From a virus (lineage: Duplodnaviria > Caudoviricetes): a stretch of DNA of 64,000 nucleotides. The number at the start of each line of letters is the position of its first letter. Position 1 is the first letter of the stretch. The translations under genes were made by a program, and so were the position numbers. Below, in pieces: positions 18,538 to 28,752 of this stretch. The notes beneath the pieces were generated by a model. That model was not told the origin of the DNA and did not search any database. It saw only the letters and a program-made list of their open reading frames with translations. The stretch spans positions 54,532-118,531 of the IMG/VR virus record IMGVR_UViG_3300032233_002826; one strand, given 5' to 3'.

Positions 18538-20031
18538 TTATTTTTTTGCTGCCGCTAATCTTGCGATGGCTGCGATGCAGGCCGATGTGATCAGCGTCCA
18601 CGCCTCTGGCTCTGGCACTGCTGGCACTGAATACACCACAGAAAGTTGAGGACGCAAGTTGATTGTTGACGTTGCTTCTGAAGTGAGCCACACAGTCCAT
18701 CCACCCACTCCAAATGATAAATCCATTAACCATCCATGATTTTGATTTGGGTCGGCCTGCCAAATTCGAAGAGATTCAGTAACATCAAAGATTGACTTAT
18801 TATCAAATGAATTTGTATTTAATTGAAATTCTCCCAAGGATGTAGCCTGCGTATTGTCTGTAGCGATACCTTCACCAAACGTACTCCAAGTGGCATCTTC
18901 TGTCCATGGTACAAGCATTCGGTGGATTGAAAGAGTTTCCTCAGAAGTTTGCGAACTGGTGAGGATTGTCAATTTGGCCGATAGAATGGCGGCGCCCTCA
19001 GGAATACCACCGTCACTAAATAAATCATCGAATTTAATTAAACCCTGAGTCAATTCGCCAATAACTGCAATTTCATCAACGCCGTGTGGCACATTTGGTG
19101 ACGACGCATCAATCCAAGTATCGGTGACCGAAATGTAGCCTCCCATGCCCTGTTGGAAAGTTTCCACGCTAGTTACGGGATCACTCGTAAATACACCCGT
19201 GATTGGTTGCACGGTGGAATTGCAAGAGTAACCTGCTCCTGAGGCATTCTCTATTGTCCTTAGGAGGTTATGAAGCGTCCAAGAACCCAATACCTGCCCC
19301 TGCCTCACACCAGCACCCGAAAATATTGTAGGGATTCGATTCCACTCGGAAAAATTGTCTTCATCCCAAGTCACAATAAGTAGGCTGTTATTATCTCTAG
19401 CCCACTCTGAATATCTTGAAATATTTTTATTCAACCACGAATCAGCCTCACTCACAGAACCATCGTGCATATTATGTTGCTCATTAGGGATCACGAAACT
19501 TACAGTTGGCAACATTGAATAGTTAGACGGAAACGATGTGAAAGGTTGAGCGACCGTCATTGGGAGTTGATTTCCTGTCGGCTCAGGAGAAATCCAATTC
19601 ATCCACGGATTATGCTTACGGACATATTCATCAACCATTGGATTCGCAGTAAAGGAAGCCCCTTGATAGCCAACCGATGGCAGAGATTCAGAAAAACCAG
19701 TGAACGTACGACCCGCTGCTATAAGAGAAGCACCTAAATTGGCTGTTGTAAATGGAATGTTGGCGGGTATGTTGTTCGAATTCTGACCCTGACTATTCCC
19801 GCTAAATAAATTAAGATAGTTGGGCTGACTAGGGTGTGTAATGCCAAACATATCCGTCACCAACGCTCCACCGTTAGCAAGTGAATTAATGAAAGGTGCG
19901 TCAGGTGACCCTATAATCTGATTGAATGAATGGTTTTCCTCTACAACCACAACTATGTGATCGTACAAGGGTGGCGCCGCCTGCACGGATGCACTGAAAA
20001 TTACAAACATGCCTGCGATCCATCTTTTCAT
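18538..20031 (-). CDS. Secreted phosphoesterase/acid phosphatase with DNRLRE-like domain and PEP-CTERM-like tail
   Basis: Signal peptide; HIVVVVEENHSF, HPSQPNY, KHNPW, MHDG, IVTWDED motifs; C-terminal VPEP, hydrophobic stretch and basic end. Confidence 0.8.
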   Translation of the reverse strand: MKRWIAGMFVIFSASVQAAPPLYDHIVVVVEENHSFNQIIGSPDAPFINSLANGGALVTDMFGITHPSQPNYLNLFSGNSQGQNSNNIPANIPFTTANLGASLIAAGRTFTGFSESLPSVGYQGASFTANPMVDEYVRKHNPWMNWISPEPTGNQLPMTVAQPFTSFPSNYSMLPTVSFVIPNEQHNMHDGSVSEADSWLNKNISRYSEWARDNNSLLIVTWDEDNFSEWNRIPTIFSGAGVRQGQVLGSWTLHNLLRTIENASGAGYSCNSTVQPITGVFTSDPVTSVETFQQGMGGYISVTDTWIDASSPNVPHGVDEIAVIGELTQGLIKFDDLFSDGGIPEGAAILSAKLTILTSSQTSEETLSIHRMLVPWTEDATWSTFGEGIATDNTQATSLGEFQLNTNSFDNKSIFDVTESLRIWQADPNQNHGWLMDLSFGVGGWTVWLTSEATSTINLRPQLSVVYSVPAVPEPEAWTLITSACIAAIARLAAAKK

Positions 20032-20202
20032 TATCTCACCCTTGATAGTGTTGAAATTCAACCCAACACCATAACATTCTACGCAGGGTTTTGTTTTCAG
20101 TTCTTGGATAAATGCTAACCAGTCAGCAAAACCCGATATTATTTTAATTTATCAAAAATAATATTATAAAATAAATCGGGAAGTTTTTCTAAAATTAGTT
20201 AT

Positions 20203-20862
20203 TTAATTTTGTGCAGATAAACTTTGAATATATAACTTAGCATGATTGCTATAGTATTTGCTATAATCTTCTATAGATTTCATTAGCACTTTGTTATGGA
20301 ATTCTTCTTTGCCCTTTTCATCAAGGATTTCCATGTATTGCTTAATGTAAATAGAATCAGACAAGCAATGTTCTAACTTTTCATATCTGCCTTTGATTAC
20401 ATATTTGGCATACTTGAAAACATATTCATTATTGAAATAATAATTCCGCCCATTTTTGAGAAGGGTGCGTTCGATCTGCCTTTCTCCTTTGATGAATCTG
20501 TCCTTCAGGACATAACGAGCGTACAGATAAGAGTCTCGAAAACTTTTAGCAATTGTTTTCTCCGCATCTTCCCACGGAGACTTCATAACGTATCGAGCAT
20601 AACCATAAGCACTATTGCTTTCAACGATCAAAGGCTCTGCTTCTTTCCATCTATTTTTCATTACGTTTTTGGCATAAAGATAAGCGTAGTATGGAGATTG
20701 AACGATCAAATGTTCGCCCTTCCTCCAGCGACCACAAAGAATCTTACGCGAATACTCATAGCCCTTGGCCGCTGCGTACCATTCCCAACCACAGTTCAGC
20801 AAAATGTTTTCAAATTGCTTATCTTTTTTATTAATCCAATGACGAATATTGAGACTAATCAT
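20203..20862 (-). CDS. Helical-repeat protein of the LPExxHN family
   Basis: Repeats YAxxVxKxRWxxAExxI; EEFHNKVL. Confidence 0.75.
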   Translation of the reverse strand: MISLNIRHWINKKDKQFENILLNCGWEWYAAAKGYEYSRKILCGRWRKGEHLIVQSPYYAYLYAKNVMKNRWKEAEPLIVESNSAYGYARYVMKSPWEDAEKTIAKSFRDSYLYARYVLKDRFIKGERQIERTLLKNGRNYYFNNEYVFKYAKYVIKGRYEKLEHCLSDSIYIKQYMEILDEKGKEEFHNKVLMKSIEDYSKYYSNHAKLYIQSLSAQN

Positions 20863-20864
20863 TA

Positions 20865-21053
20865 TCAGCCCTCCCAATCATTGAAATAAATATCGTAGTT
20901 GCCTACATCATCCCAATCATCGTAGCAGTCTTCAATATCATCGTAATCTTCAAAGTCTTCGAAATCTGTATCTTCGAAGTATTCACAAATGTCTACATCC
21001 TGATCAACGTAAGGAAACAAGACGCCTTCTTGCATTTCATCAAAATAATCCAT
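20865..21053 (-). CDS. Very acidic small protein
   Basis: 62 aa, D/E/Y/F-rich with no Lys or Arg; motif A and AGGAG upstream. Confidence 0.65.
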   Translation of the reverse strand: MDYFDEMQEGVLFPYVDQDVDICEYFEDTDFEDFEDYDDIEDCYDDWDDVGNYDIYFNDWEG

Positions 21054-21517
21054 TTTTGATCTCCTTATCTTTAGAACATTCTATATTTATTTTAATTTTC
21101 TATCATTCTCAATACTTTGAGAAAAATTTCTGGATTGACATAAGAACGAGACAGTTTCGATACCGCCCATTGAGTCATTTCCTCTTTAGATTCTTTGGAA
21201 TTTTTTATGTAGGCTTCCCAAGAATCCAATAGGATTTGGTCTTGAATGTTCATGGCAAGGTCTTCTCTGCGTCTGTAAGGGGAGGATCAACCACAACCTT
21301 GCCAGCGTTTGTATAAGGGGTCACAGAACGTGCTAGGTCGATACTATCATACACGGAAGCATTTAGGTTTTGGGGCTGACGTAATGCTCTCTCAAGGTTT
21401 GACTTGATCGTGGCAATAGCCCTCATAAGAGAAGCGTTTCGTTCTACACTAGAACGATTGCGTTGTTCTAAAACAGCAACTTCACTCAAAATATTTCTGG
21501 CTTGGTTGGCAATATTA

Positions 21518-21727
21518 TTAATTTCGCTCATTGTTTGGCTCCACAAACTCTACAACTTTAAAAAAATTACCATGATGACTAGGATAAAACCATCTCATGG
21601 ATTTTTCGCCACAAAATGTATAAAGATCGTCCGAATCTTCATTTAATTTATCATAAATTATAGCAACTCGTTCTTTGATCTCATTGGCTTCGTGTTGGGC
21701 CAATTCCTTAGCATTTTCAAGCGTCAT
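21518..21727 (-). CDS. Hypothetical protein, near-leaderless
   Basis: ATG 7 nt after TAGAATGT. Confidence 0.6.
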   Translation of the reverse strand: MTLENAKELAQHEANEIKERVAIIYDKLNEDSDDLYTFCGEKSMRWFYPSHHGNFFKVVEFVEPNNERN

Positions 21728-22021
21728 GTTTGTAACATTCTACTTGGGTTTTTGTTTAGGACACTAACAAGCGATTGTAAGATTCTGTGTTAATGTATTT
21801 TCCGTCTTCTGTAACCAACCTAAATAAATCCACAATAGGAATGGAGACTTGTTGTTGTTGTTGAATAGGTGCTATTCTGCAAACTGTGGAACCTGCAACC
21901 CAACCGTCATTAATAAATTCCCAATCGCCACAAACATCTTTGTAGCAATGCTGTTCTAATTGTACCAATTTTCCATTTTTTACGCAAGTCATAAACTTAT
22001 TTATGACTTATTAATTAATTT

Positions 22022-22615
22022 TTATGCAACTTTGCAGTATTCATCGTTCCAAGACTCGCCGTCCCAGTAGGAATCGTGCTGAACTTGCCATATAGCGTTG
22101 AGAAACAATCTGGCAGCAAGCATGGAGGTATATGTAACCCCAAAACTTGCAGAATCCACGTTGCTAGGCTCCCAACGAGTAGCGGGAATTTCCTTCCAAA
22201 TCTCAACGCCCCACCCAGGAACCTCGGTGAAAGCAGCAATAGACTCTACCTCGCTAACTTCCGCTCCTATGGTGATGTGTTTGTCCATAGCATAAATGAT
22301 TTTTTCTTTATCATCATACTGAACATCAACATTGGGAAAGAACCGTTCCATTGCCTTGGAAACGTGATTTTTTAGGTAATCCCAATTTTTATTTTGGAAA
22401 TCGACAAGTGCTGGACACAACCCAGTTTTCTTATCATAACCTAATCTTGAAAACTTCTTGACTTTGGTAGATTCGCTCCACACAGTATTACTATGGGTTT
22501 CGACTAAGATTCCCAATTCTGGGAAGTTACAATCTATTGCGTTACCCACAAGCCATCTGGGCTTTTTCATTGAGCCAATTTGCGTAAAAACTTTAACCAA
22601 GTCTCCGTTATTCAC
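22022..22615 (-). CDS. Hypothetical protein
   Basis: 197 aa, AGGAG RBS, GTG start. Confidence 0.7.
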   Translation of the reverse strand: MNNGDLVKVFTQIGSMKKPRWLVGNAIDCNFPELGILVETHSNTVWSESTKVKKFSRLGYDKKTGLCPALVDFQNKNWDYLKNHVSKAMERFFPNVDVQYDDKEKIIYAMDKHITIGAEVSEVESIAAFTEVPGWGVEIWKEIPATRWEPSNVDSASFGVTYTSMLAARLFLNAIWQVQHDSYWDGESWNDEYCKVA

Positions 22616-22627
22616 GGGTTCTCCTTT

Positions 22628-22852
22628 TTATGCCGCGTCATCCATGTTGCGACTATACTTACGCTCGTACTTGCCGTAGTTTTCTTCTTCTTCCTGTTCA
22701 ATTTCAAGAAGTTCATTCTTGAAGTCTTCAAAAAGTTCATTTGCCTTTTCAATAGCAATAGCCTTCAACTCAGCAGACAAATCTTCCCTGTAGCCTGCTT
22801 CGACAAGCGCCCACTTCCTACCTTCACGCATCTGATCACGGTATCGACTCAT
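22628..22852 (-). CDS. Hypothetical protein
   Basis: ORF after motif A at 22886. Confidence 0.6.
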   Translation of the reverse strand: MSRYRDQMREGRKWALVEAGYREDLSAELKAIAIEKANELFEDFKNELLEIEQEEEENYGKYERKYSRNMDDAA

Positions 22853-22902
22853 ATTATCTTTCTATGTTAGAGGTCTTTTAGATTGACATTCTATATTTAT
22901 TT

Positions 22903-23478
22903 TTATTTAGAACACAGTTCTTTGATGTATTTTACGGCAACCGGGGTTTTGCTGGTCGCGGCTTCTAAAAGAATACGATTATGATATTCTTCTGGAAGTT
23001 GGCTTTTCAACACATGTTTTGCATATAGGTAAGCAAGATCGTACTCTGGTTCGTATCCACCTTCTGTCCACTGTTCAGTCTGTTCATATACATCTTCGAT
23101 CCATTCTTCTTCATGACTATTTTCTTCTTCGCCTTCTTCGTCATATTCATAAAAATGGTCTGCTCCGCTAATGCTGACTCTTTTCTCAACAGCATCATAC
23201 ACAACTACTCCACTAACGCTATATCCACCGCCATCTGCAAATCCACCATGACGACTATAAATGGGCTGGGCCAGTTCTTCTTCGCAATCTTCTCTTATAG
23301 ATTTGCAAATAGAAGAATCAACTGTTTCTGGCAGGAACTCCATGTTATCAACGCCACCACTATCCCCGCCACCAGAGTAGTTCACTCGAATAGTATCAAG
23401 ACCAACTAACTCCATATAGGCAAATAGCCTATCACAAAAGTAACCTTTAGTAATTTTTTCAAATACTTCTGGACTCAT
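22903..23478 (-). CDS. DUF6878-like domain fused to LPExxHN module
   Basis: VNYSGGGDSG motif; C-terminal QLPEEYHNRIL. Confidence 0.65.
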   Translation of the reverse strand: MSPEVFEKITKGYFCDRLFAYMELVGLDTIRVNYSGGGDSGGVDNMEFLPETVDSSICKSIREDCEEELAQPIYSRHGGFADGGGYSVSGVVVYDAVEKRVSISGADHFYEYDEEGEEENSHEEEWIEDVYEQTEQWTEGGYEPEYDLAYLYAKHVLKSQLPEEYHNRILLEAATSKTPVAVKYIKELCSK

Positions 23479-23521
23479 GATATTCTCCTGATGACCTAAC
23501 ATTCTATAATAAATTTAATTG

Positions 23522-23836
23522 TTAGTCGTACAATCCTTTAGTGTATTCTTTTGGGACAACCGGACACCAACTTTTGGCTTTCTCATCATCATAAGGAAGC
23601 CAATAAGGAGCATCACAGGCATCACACACCCCGAAACTGGCATTAGTGAAGATATGAGGACAAAGTTCTATTTCTTTATCCTTGTAAATCTTCACATTAT
23701 TTTCATCATAATAGTATGGCTTGAATGATCTTTCAGTGTAGGAATATGTACCAATAAAAAGTCCAATGTTTGGGCCAAAGTAATAAACCTTCTGCCCAAC
23801 TTCTGGAGGATTCTTATGAGAGTTGTTCCATTCCAT
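23522..23836 (-). CDS. Hypothetical protein
   Basis: Motif A and AGGAG upstream. Confidence 0.65.
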   Translation of the reverse strand: MEWNNSHKNPPEVGQKVYYFGPNIGLFIGTYSYTERSFKPYYYDENNVKIYKDKEIELCPHIFTNASFGVCDACDAPYWLPYDDEKAKSWCPVVPKEYTKGLYD

Positions 23837-23877
23837 CGTTTGCTCCTAAAAGCATAACATTCTACACAAGTTTTTAT

Positions 23878-24237
23878 TCACCACCAACTGTCGTAATAGA
23901 CGGCTCTATTATTTTTAATTGCTTCTCTGGCTTTTACGATAAACTCTACATCTGAATCAAAATAATACTCATCGTCACGATACAGAGTTTTACTCAAAAC
24001 ATCTTTTTCAAGATTGTTCAGATCTTCTTCTAAAAGCCTAACTTTTTCACAATTGAATGATGAATTTGATCCACCTTTATTATAATATAGGTTTTCCATC
24101 CAATTATGTAAATCATGATGCTTGCGCCAATAAAATTCTTCTCTGGCCTTTAGTTCTTCTGGAATCTTTATGTCAACTTCATCATCTGGAAGTTCTTCGT
24201 TATCTTCAAAAGAAAAAGCGTAAGCATCTAGTCCCAT
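23878..24237 (-). CDS. Hypothetical phage protein
   Basis: MGLDAY..YWRKHHDLHNWM..YYDSWW pattern. Confidence 0.75.
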   Translation of the reverse strand: MGLDAYAFSFEDNEELPDDEVDIKIPEELKAREEFYWRKHHDLHNWMENLYYNKGGSNSSFNCEKVRLLEEDLNNLEKDVLSKTLYRDDEYYFDSDVEFIVKAREAIKNNRAVYYDSWW

Positions 24238-24384
24238 GATATTTCTCCTAGCAACATAACATTCTACACGGGATTTTATTCTTGGGATGGGATAAATGCT
24301 AACCTATAAATAAAAATTTTTATATTATTTTTAATATTATCAATTTTTTATAGTAATTAATAAAATTTATGAAGATGATTTATA

Positions 24385-24711
24385 TCAATTTGAATTTGTG
24401 CTGCCGTAATTAATTTCAGCCTTTTCAAGATCAAGTTCGCTAATCTTAGCATTCATTTCTAATTCTTCAATATCTTTTGTAGCAACAACTCCATTCATAT
24501 GTTTTATTTTATTTAATCTGTTTTTATAATAATCACGAATTATGACGGCTTTTTCATATTCGATTTGCTCTACTGTCCTATAATGAGGAACAGGCACAGC
24601 AGGCATAGGAAGTGGAACTGGTATTGGATTTGGCCTTTCAATCCACGTTGGCATTTTCATTATACATGCCAAATTTAATAAAATAAATAGTGATAAAACA
24701 ATTCTACGCAT
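24385..24711 (-). CDS. Putative membrane-anchored protein
   Basis: Hydrophobic N-terminus and Pro-rich linker. Confidence 0.55.
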   Translation of the reverse strand: MRRIVLSLFILLNLACIMKMPTWIERPNPIPVPLPMPAVPVPHYRTVEQIEYEKAVIIRDYYKNRLNKIKHMNGVVATKDIEELEMNAKISELDLEKAEINYGSTNSN

Positions 24712-24718
24712 AATGTAT

Positions 24719-25153
24719 TTATGCGCCTAGCCTACATTTCCTTCCTAGACCCAACCTAATGCTCTCTGGGACGGACAAACGCTTGCCACACTTACCACAC
24801 CTACCTTCGTGATGAACGTCGAATCCAGATGATGTAATCGCTTCTGGAGCGTTTTCAAATATTCTTGCCATTACCCGCCTGAACAGTCTTACGCCCCAAG
24901 AATCTTCGCTAACTCGTCCGGTTAATTTTACACAACCAGAATTTATATCGAAAAGTCCAATGGAAGTGTAACTTTTTGTATTGTTTGGGCCTGTCAACAG
25001 TTCGATTAGAAAATTATCATTTTTATTTCTAATTCTGTAGGTGTAATGAGGATTGCATTTGAATTCCCTTTGAAAAGTCTCTGGGACTTCAATAGTGAAG
25101 ATTGCCTTGCCGCCAGTGAAGAACTCTTTGACAGGTATCATATTTTTCCTCAT
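24719..25153 (-). CDS. DUF6011-like zinc-binding protein
   Basis: CGKCGKRLSVPESIRLGLGRKC. Confidence 0.7.
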   Translation of the reverse strand: MRKNMIPVKEFFTGGKAIFTIEVPETFQREFKCNPHYTYRIRNKNDNFLIELLTGPNNTKSYTSIGLFDINSGCVKLTGRVSEDSWGVRLFRRVMARIFENAPEAITSSGFDVHHEGRCGKCGKRLSVPESIRLGLGRKCRLGA

Positions 25154-25182
25154 GTGAATAACATTCTACATGGGATTTTATT

Positions 25183-27009
25183 TTAGAACGGAATTTCAGC
25201 ATCTGCTTGGTGAGGCAACCAACGTTCTGATCTTTTCATATAACTTGCGGCAGACATCCTGCTTTCAAAGTCTTCATCGGTTTCAGAAACTGTAATCGCG
25301 GGGATGTTTGGAACGATAGCGTTTTCGATACTCTTTTCGATTAGCCCCATCTTCCACTGAATAAGTTCAAGAACATGAAGATCAAGAGGATGGTCACTAA
25401 CCATTCTCACAATTTCACACTTGTTACTAGTTTGTCCGATTCTACAGATTCTGTCTTCAGCCTGCTGATTTGCACCAGGAACCCAATCCAAATCAACAAA
25501 TATAGACTTCCATGCGTGGGTGAGAGTAAGTCCCACTCCTCCTGCCCGAATGCTTACAGCGACTCCTTTGAGTTTGCCCGCCTGAAATTCATTTACAACT
25601 TTCTGCCGATTCTCTGGAGATGTCGATCCAGTGATCTTCGCCCATCCATCACGCTCTCCAAGTTTATTGAGAGGCTCAAGATGAGCAGAGAAAACTACCA
25701 GCGGCACATCATCTTCTTCATGATCCTCAACAAGATCAATCAAAGAATCAATTCGACTAGCAGCAAGTTTTTGTCTAATTTCGCTAAATTCTTCAAACGG
25801 AGGAAGTTCTTTAGTTTTGAAAATTTTCCCATGCTTGGACCAAAGGTCGTCCATGTGACTCTTCAGTTCACTCGGCAGAGGAGCCTTGACATATGTGATG
25901 CTCTTGTCAGGCAGGTCAGGCAGAACATCTTTACGCTTCCTTCTCAGCATTACTCGCCGGAGCAATTCTGGCACAATAGGATTTGGCGTGCCCCATATAT
26001 ATCCTCCCCAACTATCCTGATATCCATTCATATATTTGACAAATTTATTCCATCCTCCAAAAACTTTCATTTGCATTTGAAGAGTTTCAAGGATTCCAAA
26101 CAAATCTTGTGGACGATTTTCAAGAGGAGTGCCAGTGAGCGCCCATACTCGACTAGCACTCATGCAAAGACCCTTCACTCTTTTTGATCGCTTTGCTTTA
26201 TAATTTTTTACACGATGAGCCTCATCAATAATCAAAATAATATTCTTAGCATGGTTTGACATCTCAGGACTAGGCCAATTCACCTGAACTTCCCAAGACT
26301 TGCTAGTAGCACTAATTTTTTTAGGCTCTACATATTCTGGGAGAATGTCATAATTAACAATAACAATCTCTCCAAATGCTGGCAACCTAAAACTCTTGCT
26401 TCCATTCAACACGGTAGCCTTCAGGTCAGGACGCCACTTATTAGCCTCCTGTTGCCAATTATATTTTAGAGATGATGGAACAATGGCCATTGCCGCACAG
26501 TCTTTAGGAAGAGCCATGAGCGTTTGAACCGTCTTTCCAAGACCCATGTCGTCGGCCAGAAGACGCTTGTCGCCCTTACTGAGCCAATCTACACCATCAA
26601 CTTGAAATTCATAAAGCCCAGATCGCTCTGCATTTTTTCCTTGTTCTGTAAACGACACAATGCACAGTTCAGGAGCAATCTCTACTTTGAGTTTATGACA
26701 AATCTCAATCAGTCGATCCCTGTCTCCTTCTTTGAGACTAACTTTCCAACAAACTTCATTTCTATCAAACCACGCACCAGGAATTGATCGAATAAGATCA
26801 AGATTCTCTCTTTCAAACGGCAGATAGAGACGACCATCAGATGTGAGTTTTCTATCAACACTAATCTTTACAGGAACGCAAGTCTTACAGTACCTGCTCC
26901 ATTTGCCGTCATTGCCTTTAACAGCAAAGCCCCTGTCTGCACCTGTATTCGGGGTAAAACCACCACAGTTGCAGCAGGGGCCAGCATAATTGTTTAGAAT
27001 CGTTGTCAT
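25183..27009 (-). CDS. SNF2-family helicase/translocase
   Basis: LADDMGLGKT, DEAH, LTGTP and QAEDRICRIGQ motifs. Confidence 0.9.
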   Translation of the reverse strand: MTTILNNYAGPCCNCGGFTPNTGADRGFAVKGNDGKWSRYCKTCVPVKISVDRKLTSDGRLYLPFERENLDLIRSIPGAWFDRNEVCWKVSLKEGDRDRLIEICHKLKVEIAPELCIVSFTEQGKNAERSGLYEFQVDGVDWLSKGDKRLLADDMGLGKTVQTLMALPKDCAAMAIVPSSLKYNWQQEANKWRPDLKATVLNGSKSFRLPAFGEIVIVNYDILPEYVEPKKISATSKSWEVQVNWPSPEMSNHAKNIILIIDEAHRVKNYKAKRSKRVKGLCMSASRVWALTGTPLENRPQDLFGILETLQMQMKVFGGWNKFVKYMNGYQDSWGGYIWGTPNPIVPELLRRVMLRRKRKDVLPDLPDKSITYVKAPLPSELKSHMDDLWSKHGKIFKTKELPPFEEFSEIRQKLAASRIDSLIDLVEDHEEDDVPLVVFSAHLEPLNKLGERDGWAKITGSTSPENRQKVVNEFQAGKLKGVAVSIRAGGVGLTLTHAWKSIFVDLDWVPGANQQAEDRICRIGQTSNKCEIVRMVSDHPLDLHVLELIQWKMGLIEKSIENAIVPNIPAITVSETDEDFESRMSAASYMKRSERWLPHQADAEIPF

Positions 27010-27040
27010 ACTACCTCAACATTCTATTTTATTTTTTATT

Positions 27041-27334
27041 TTATACCGCCCTCTTCATAAGTCGATAAATACTTACGATCTTATCCGCACTAAATGTCTT
27101 AGTCAAATTGCCCTTGCCAAAAATCTGGACAGAATCAAGGATTTCGGAATAGGAACCCTCTTCCTGCTGTTCTGATACAAGGCGAACGTAATCCAACTTA
27201 GTCAAACCACGACGCTCATTGTTTGCGGTTCTACCACGAACGGCAACCCTTTGATAAAAATACTTCACACCCGCCACAGTTCCAAAACCATGAACAAAGT
27301 CGCCCTTCTCAACTTGGTCAATACAAACATCCAT
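27041..27334 (-). CDS. Hypothetical protein
   Basis: AAGGAG RBS. Confidence 0.6.
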   Translation of the reverse strand: MDVCIDQVEKGDFVHGFGTVAGVKYFYQRVAVRGRTANNERRGLTKLDYVRLVSEQQEEGSYSEILDSVQIFGKGNLTKTFSADKIVSIYRLMKRAV

Positions 27335-27368
27335 TTTTTGTCTCCTTACTACTAAGATATTCTAAAAA

Positions 27369-27442
27369 TAGGGCGTGAAAGAGTCGAACTTTCCTTTTGA
27401 ATACCTTATAAGAGTATTTGCCACTACCGGCGGCAACGCCCC
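27369..27442 (-). tRNA. trnI: tRNA-Ile(TAT)
   Basis: Anticodon arm ATACT-CTTATAA-GGTAT; directly after motif A. Confidence 0.75.
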
Positions 27443-27514
27443 ATGATGACATAACATTCTACATTATTTTTTATTTTATAGTCTTGGATAAATGCTAACC
27501 TTCTGTGTGAAATA

Positions 27515-27787
27515 TCATAGGCTATTCGCTATCACATAATTTTTAATATCATCGGGCAGCAATTCAAAAACTCTTTTGCCCATTCTTTTAGTGAAGAAAT
27601 TAGAAATGGCCTGTGGCCTAGTAGTCACATAAGTATTCTGGCCGTTTGATTCACTAATGTCAGATGACGATCTGTCAACCGCCCAACTCAAATCAGCAAG
27701 AAAATGATCTTTGAGTTTTGGCTCAAAGTTCATAACAAGCCAATCGCAAATTTGCTGTTCCATAGCGGATAAAGTTGATTTGGTCAT
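27515..27787 (-). CDS. Hypothetical protein
   Basis: ORF after a motif A variant. Confidence 0.6.
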   Translation of the reverse strand: MTKSTLSAMEQQICDWLVMNFEPKLKDHFLADLSWAVDRSSSDISESNGQNTYVTTRPQAISNFFTKRMGKRVFELLPDDIKNYVIANSL

Positions 27788-28077
27788 GTCTTGTATAAAT
27801 TCTATATTAATTTTTATTTTAGGGGCGACTATCTTTAGTCATTAATCTCTATATCCTTAGTAGGAAACCAACCGCTCCAACCATCAGTAGTATTCTTTAA
27901 TAGAATAGCCGTTTCTCCCGGCCAGCACGGCACAGACTTTTCTTCTTGCTCAACTATCCATTCACCGGGATGACGCTTCAAGCGTTCCTTGGTGAACTTT
28001 CTAGCATTCTGTTTAGCAGTTAGTTTCATTCTTTTTCCTTTGTATTGACCGTGGTGAGGATAGCAATTTTGAAAAGT

Positions 28078-28389
28078 TTATTCGTCCTGCCAAGTCCAAT
28101 CGTCATTTGTTAGCGGACGCTCCCCCGAAACAATCTTCTGAAGCCGATCCAGATTTATTTCGGCATGAACGGATCGAGCATCATCTTGTAGACTGCGCCC
28201 AAAATCTTCTGCCTTTTCTTCTGGCGTGATTCCACGGGGATAAGGATCGTGCAAAACAATGCAAAAACAGTCACCGCTCCAAACTTCAATGCGACTTCCA
28301 CTGAACGCTCTTCCGCGAACAAGTTTCTTTCCTTCCACATACTCGGCGTAGAAAGAATCAAACCAATCGGTTATCTGCTTAAGTTCCAT
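28078..28389 (-). CDS. Hypothetical protein
   Basis: 103-aa ORF with AGGA RBS. Confidence 0.6.
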   Translation of the reverse strand: MELKQITDWFDSFYAEYVEGKKLVRGRAFSGSRIEVWSGDCFCIVLHDPYPRGITPEEKAEDFGRSLQDDARSVHAEINLDRLQKIVSGERPLTNDDWTWQDE

Positions 28390-28409
28390 CTTAGCTTTCC
28401 TTTGTTAAG

Positions 28410-28492
28410 GGGCGAATGGGTGGAATCGAACCACCTCCTGTAAACACACAGTCGTGTGTGTGCTTACCTGCTACCATTACATCACATTCGCC
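28410..28492 (-). tRNA. tRNA-like RNA with 11-bp anticodon stem
   Basis: GGCGAATG/CATTCGCC acceptor, canonical T-arm, GTAAGCACACA-CACGAC-TGTGTGTTTAC arm. Confidence 0.7.
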
Positions 28493-28668
28493 ATATGCAA
28501 GGATCGCCATTTCTGACGATCCAAGATCCCTCTATCCTCATGGGTAGACAGGTCAGTGCTATTACTTAGTATACATTCTATATTAATTTTTATTTTAGAA
28601 GGGAGGGTGGCTTTTCTCATAATGTTTGCTGCTCACATCGTAAGAAAGCCACCCTCCCGAGCAGCAAC

Positions 28669-28741
28669 TGACCCCAATGGGATTCGAACCCATGTTAGCG
28701 GAGTGAAAGTCCGCTTTCCTAGGCCTCTAGAAGATGGGGCC
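28669..28741 (-). tRNA. trnE: tRNA-Glu(TTC)
   Basis: Cloverleaf; loop CTTTCAC. Confidence 0.92.
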
Positions 28742-28752
28742 GTCATATCCTC

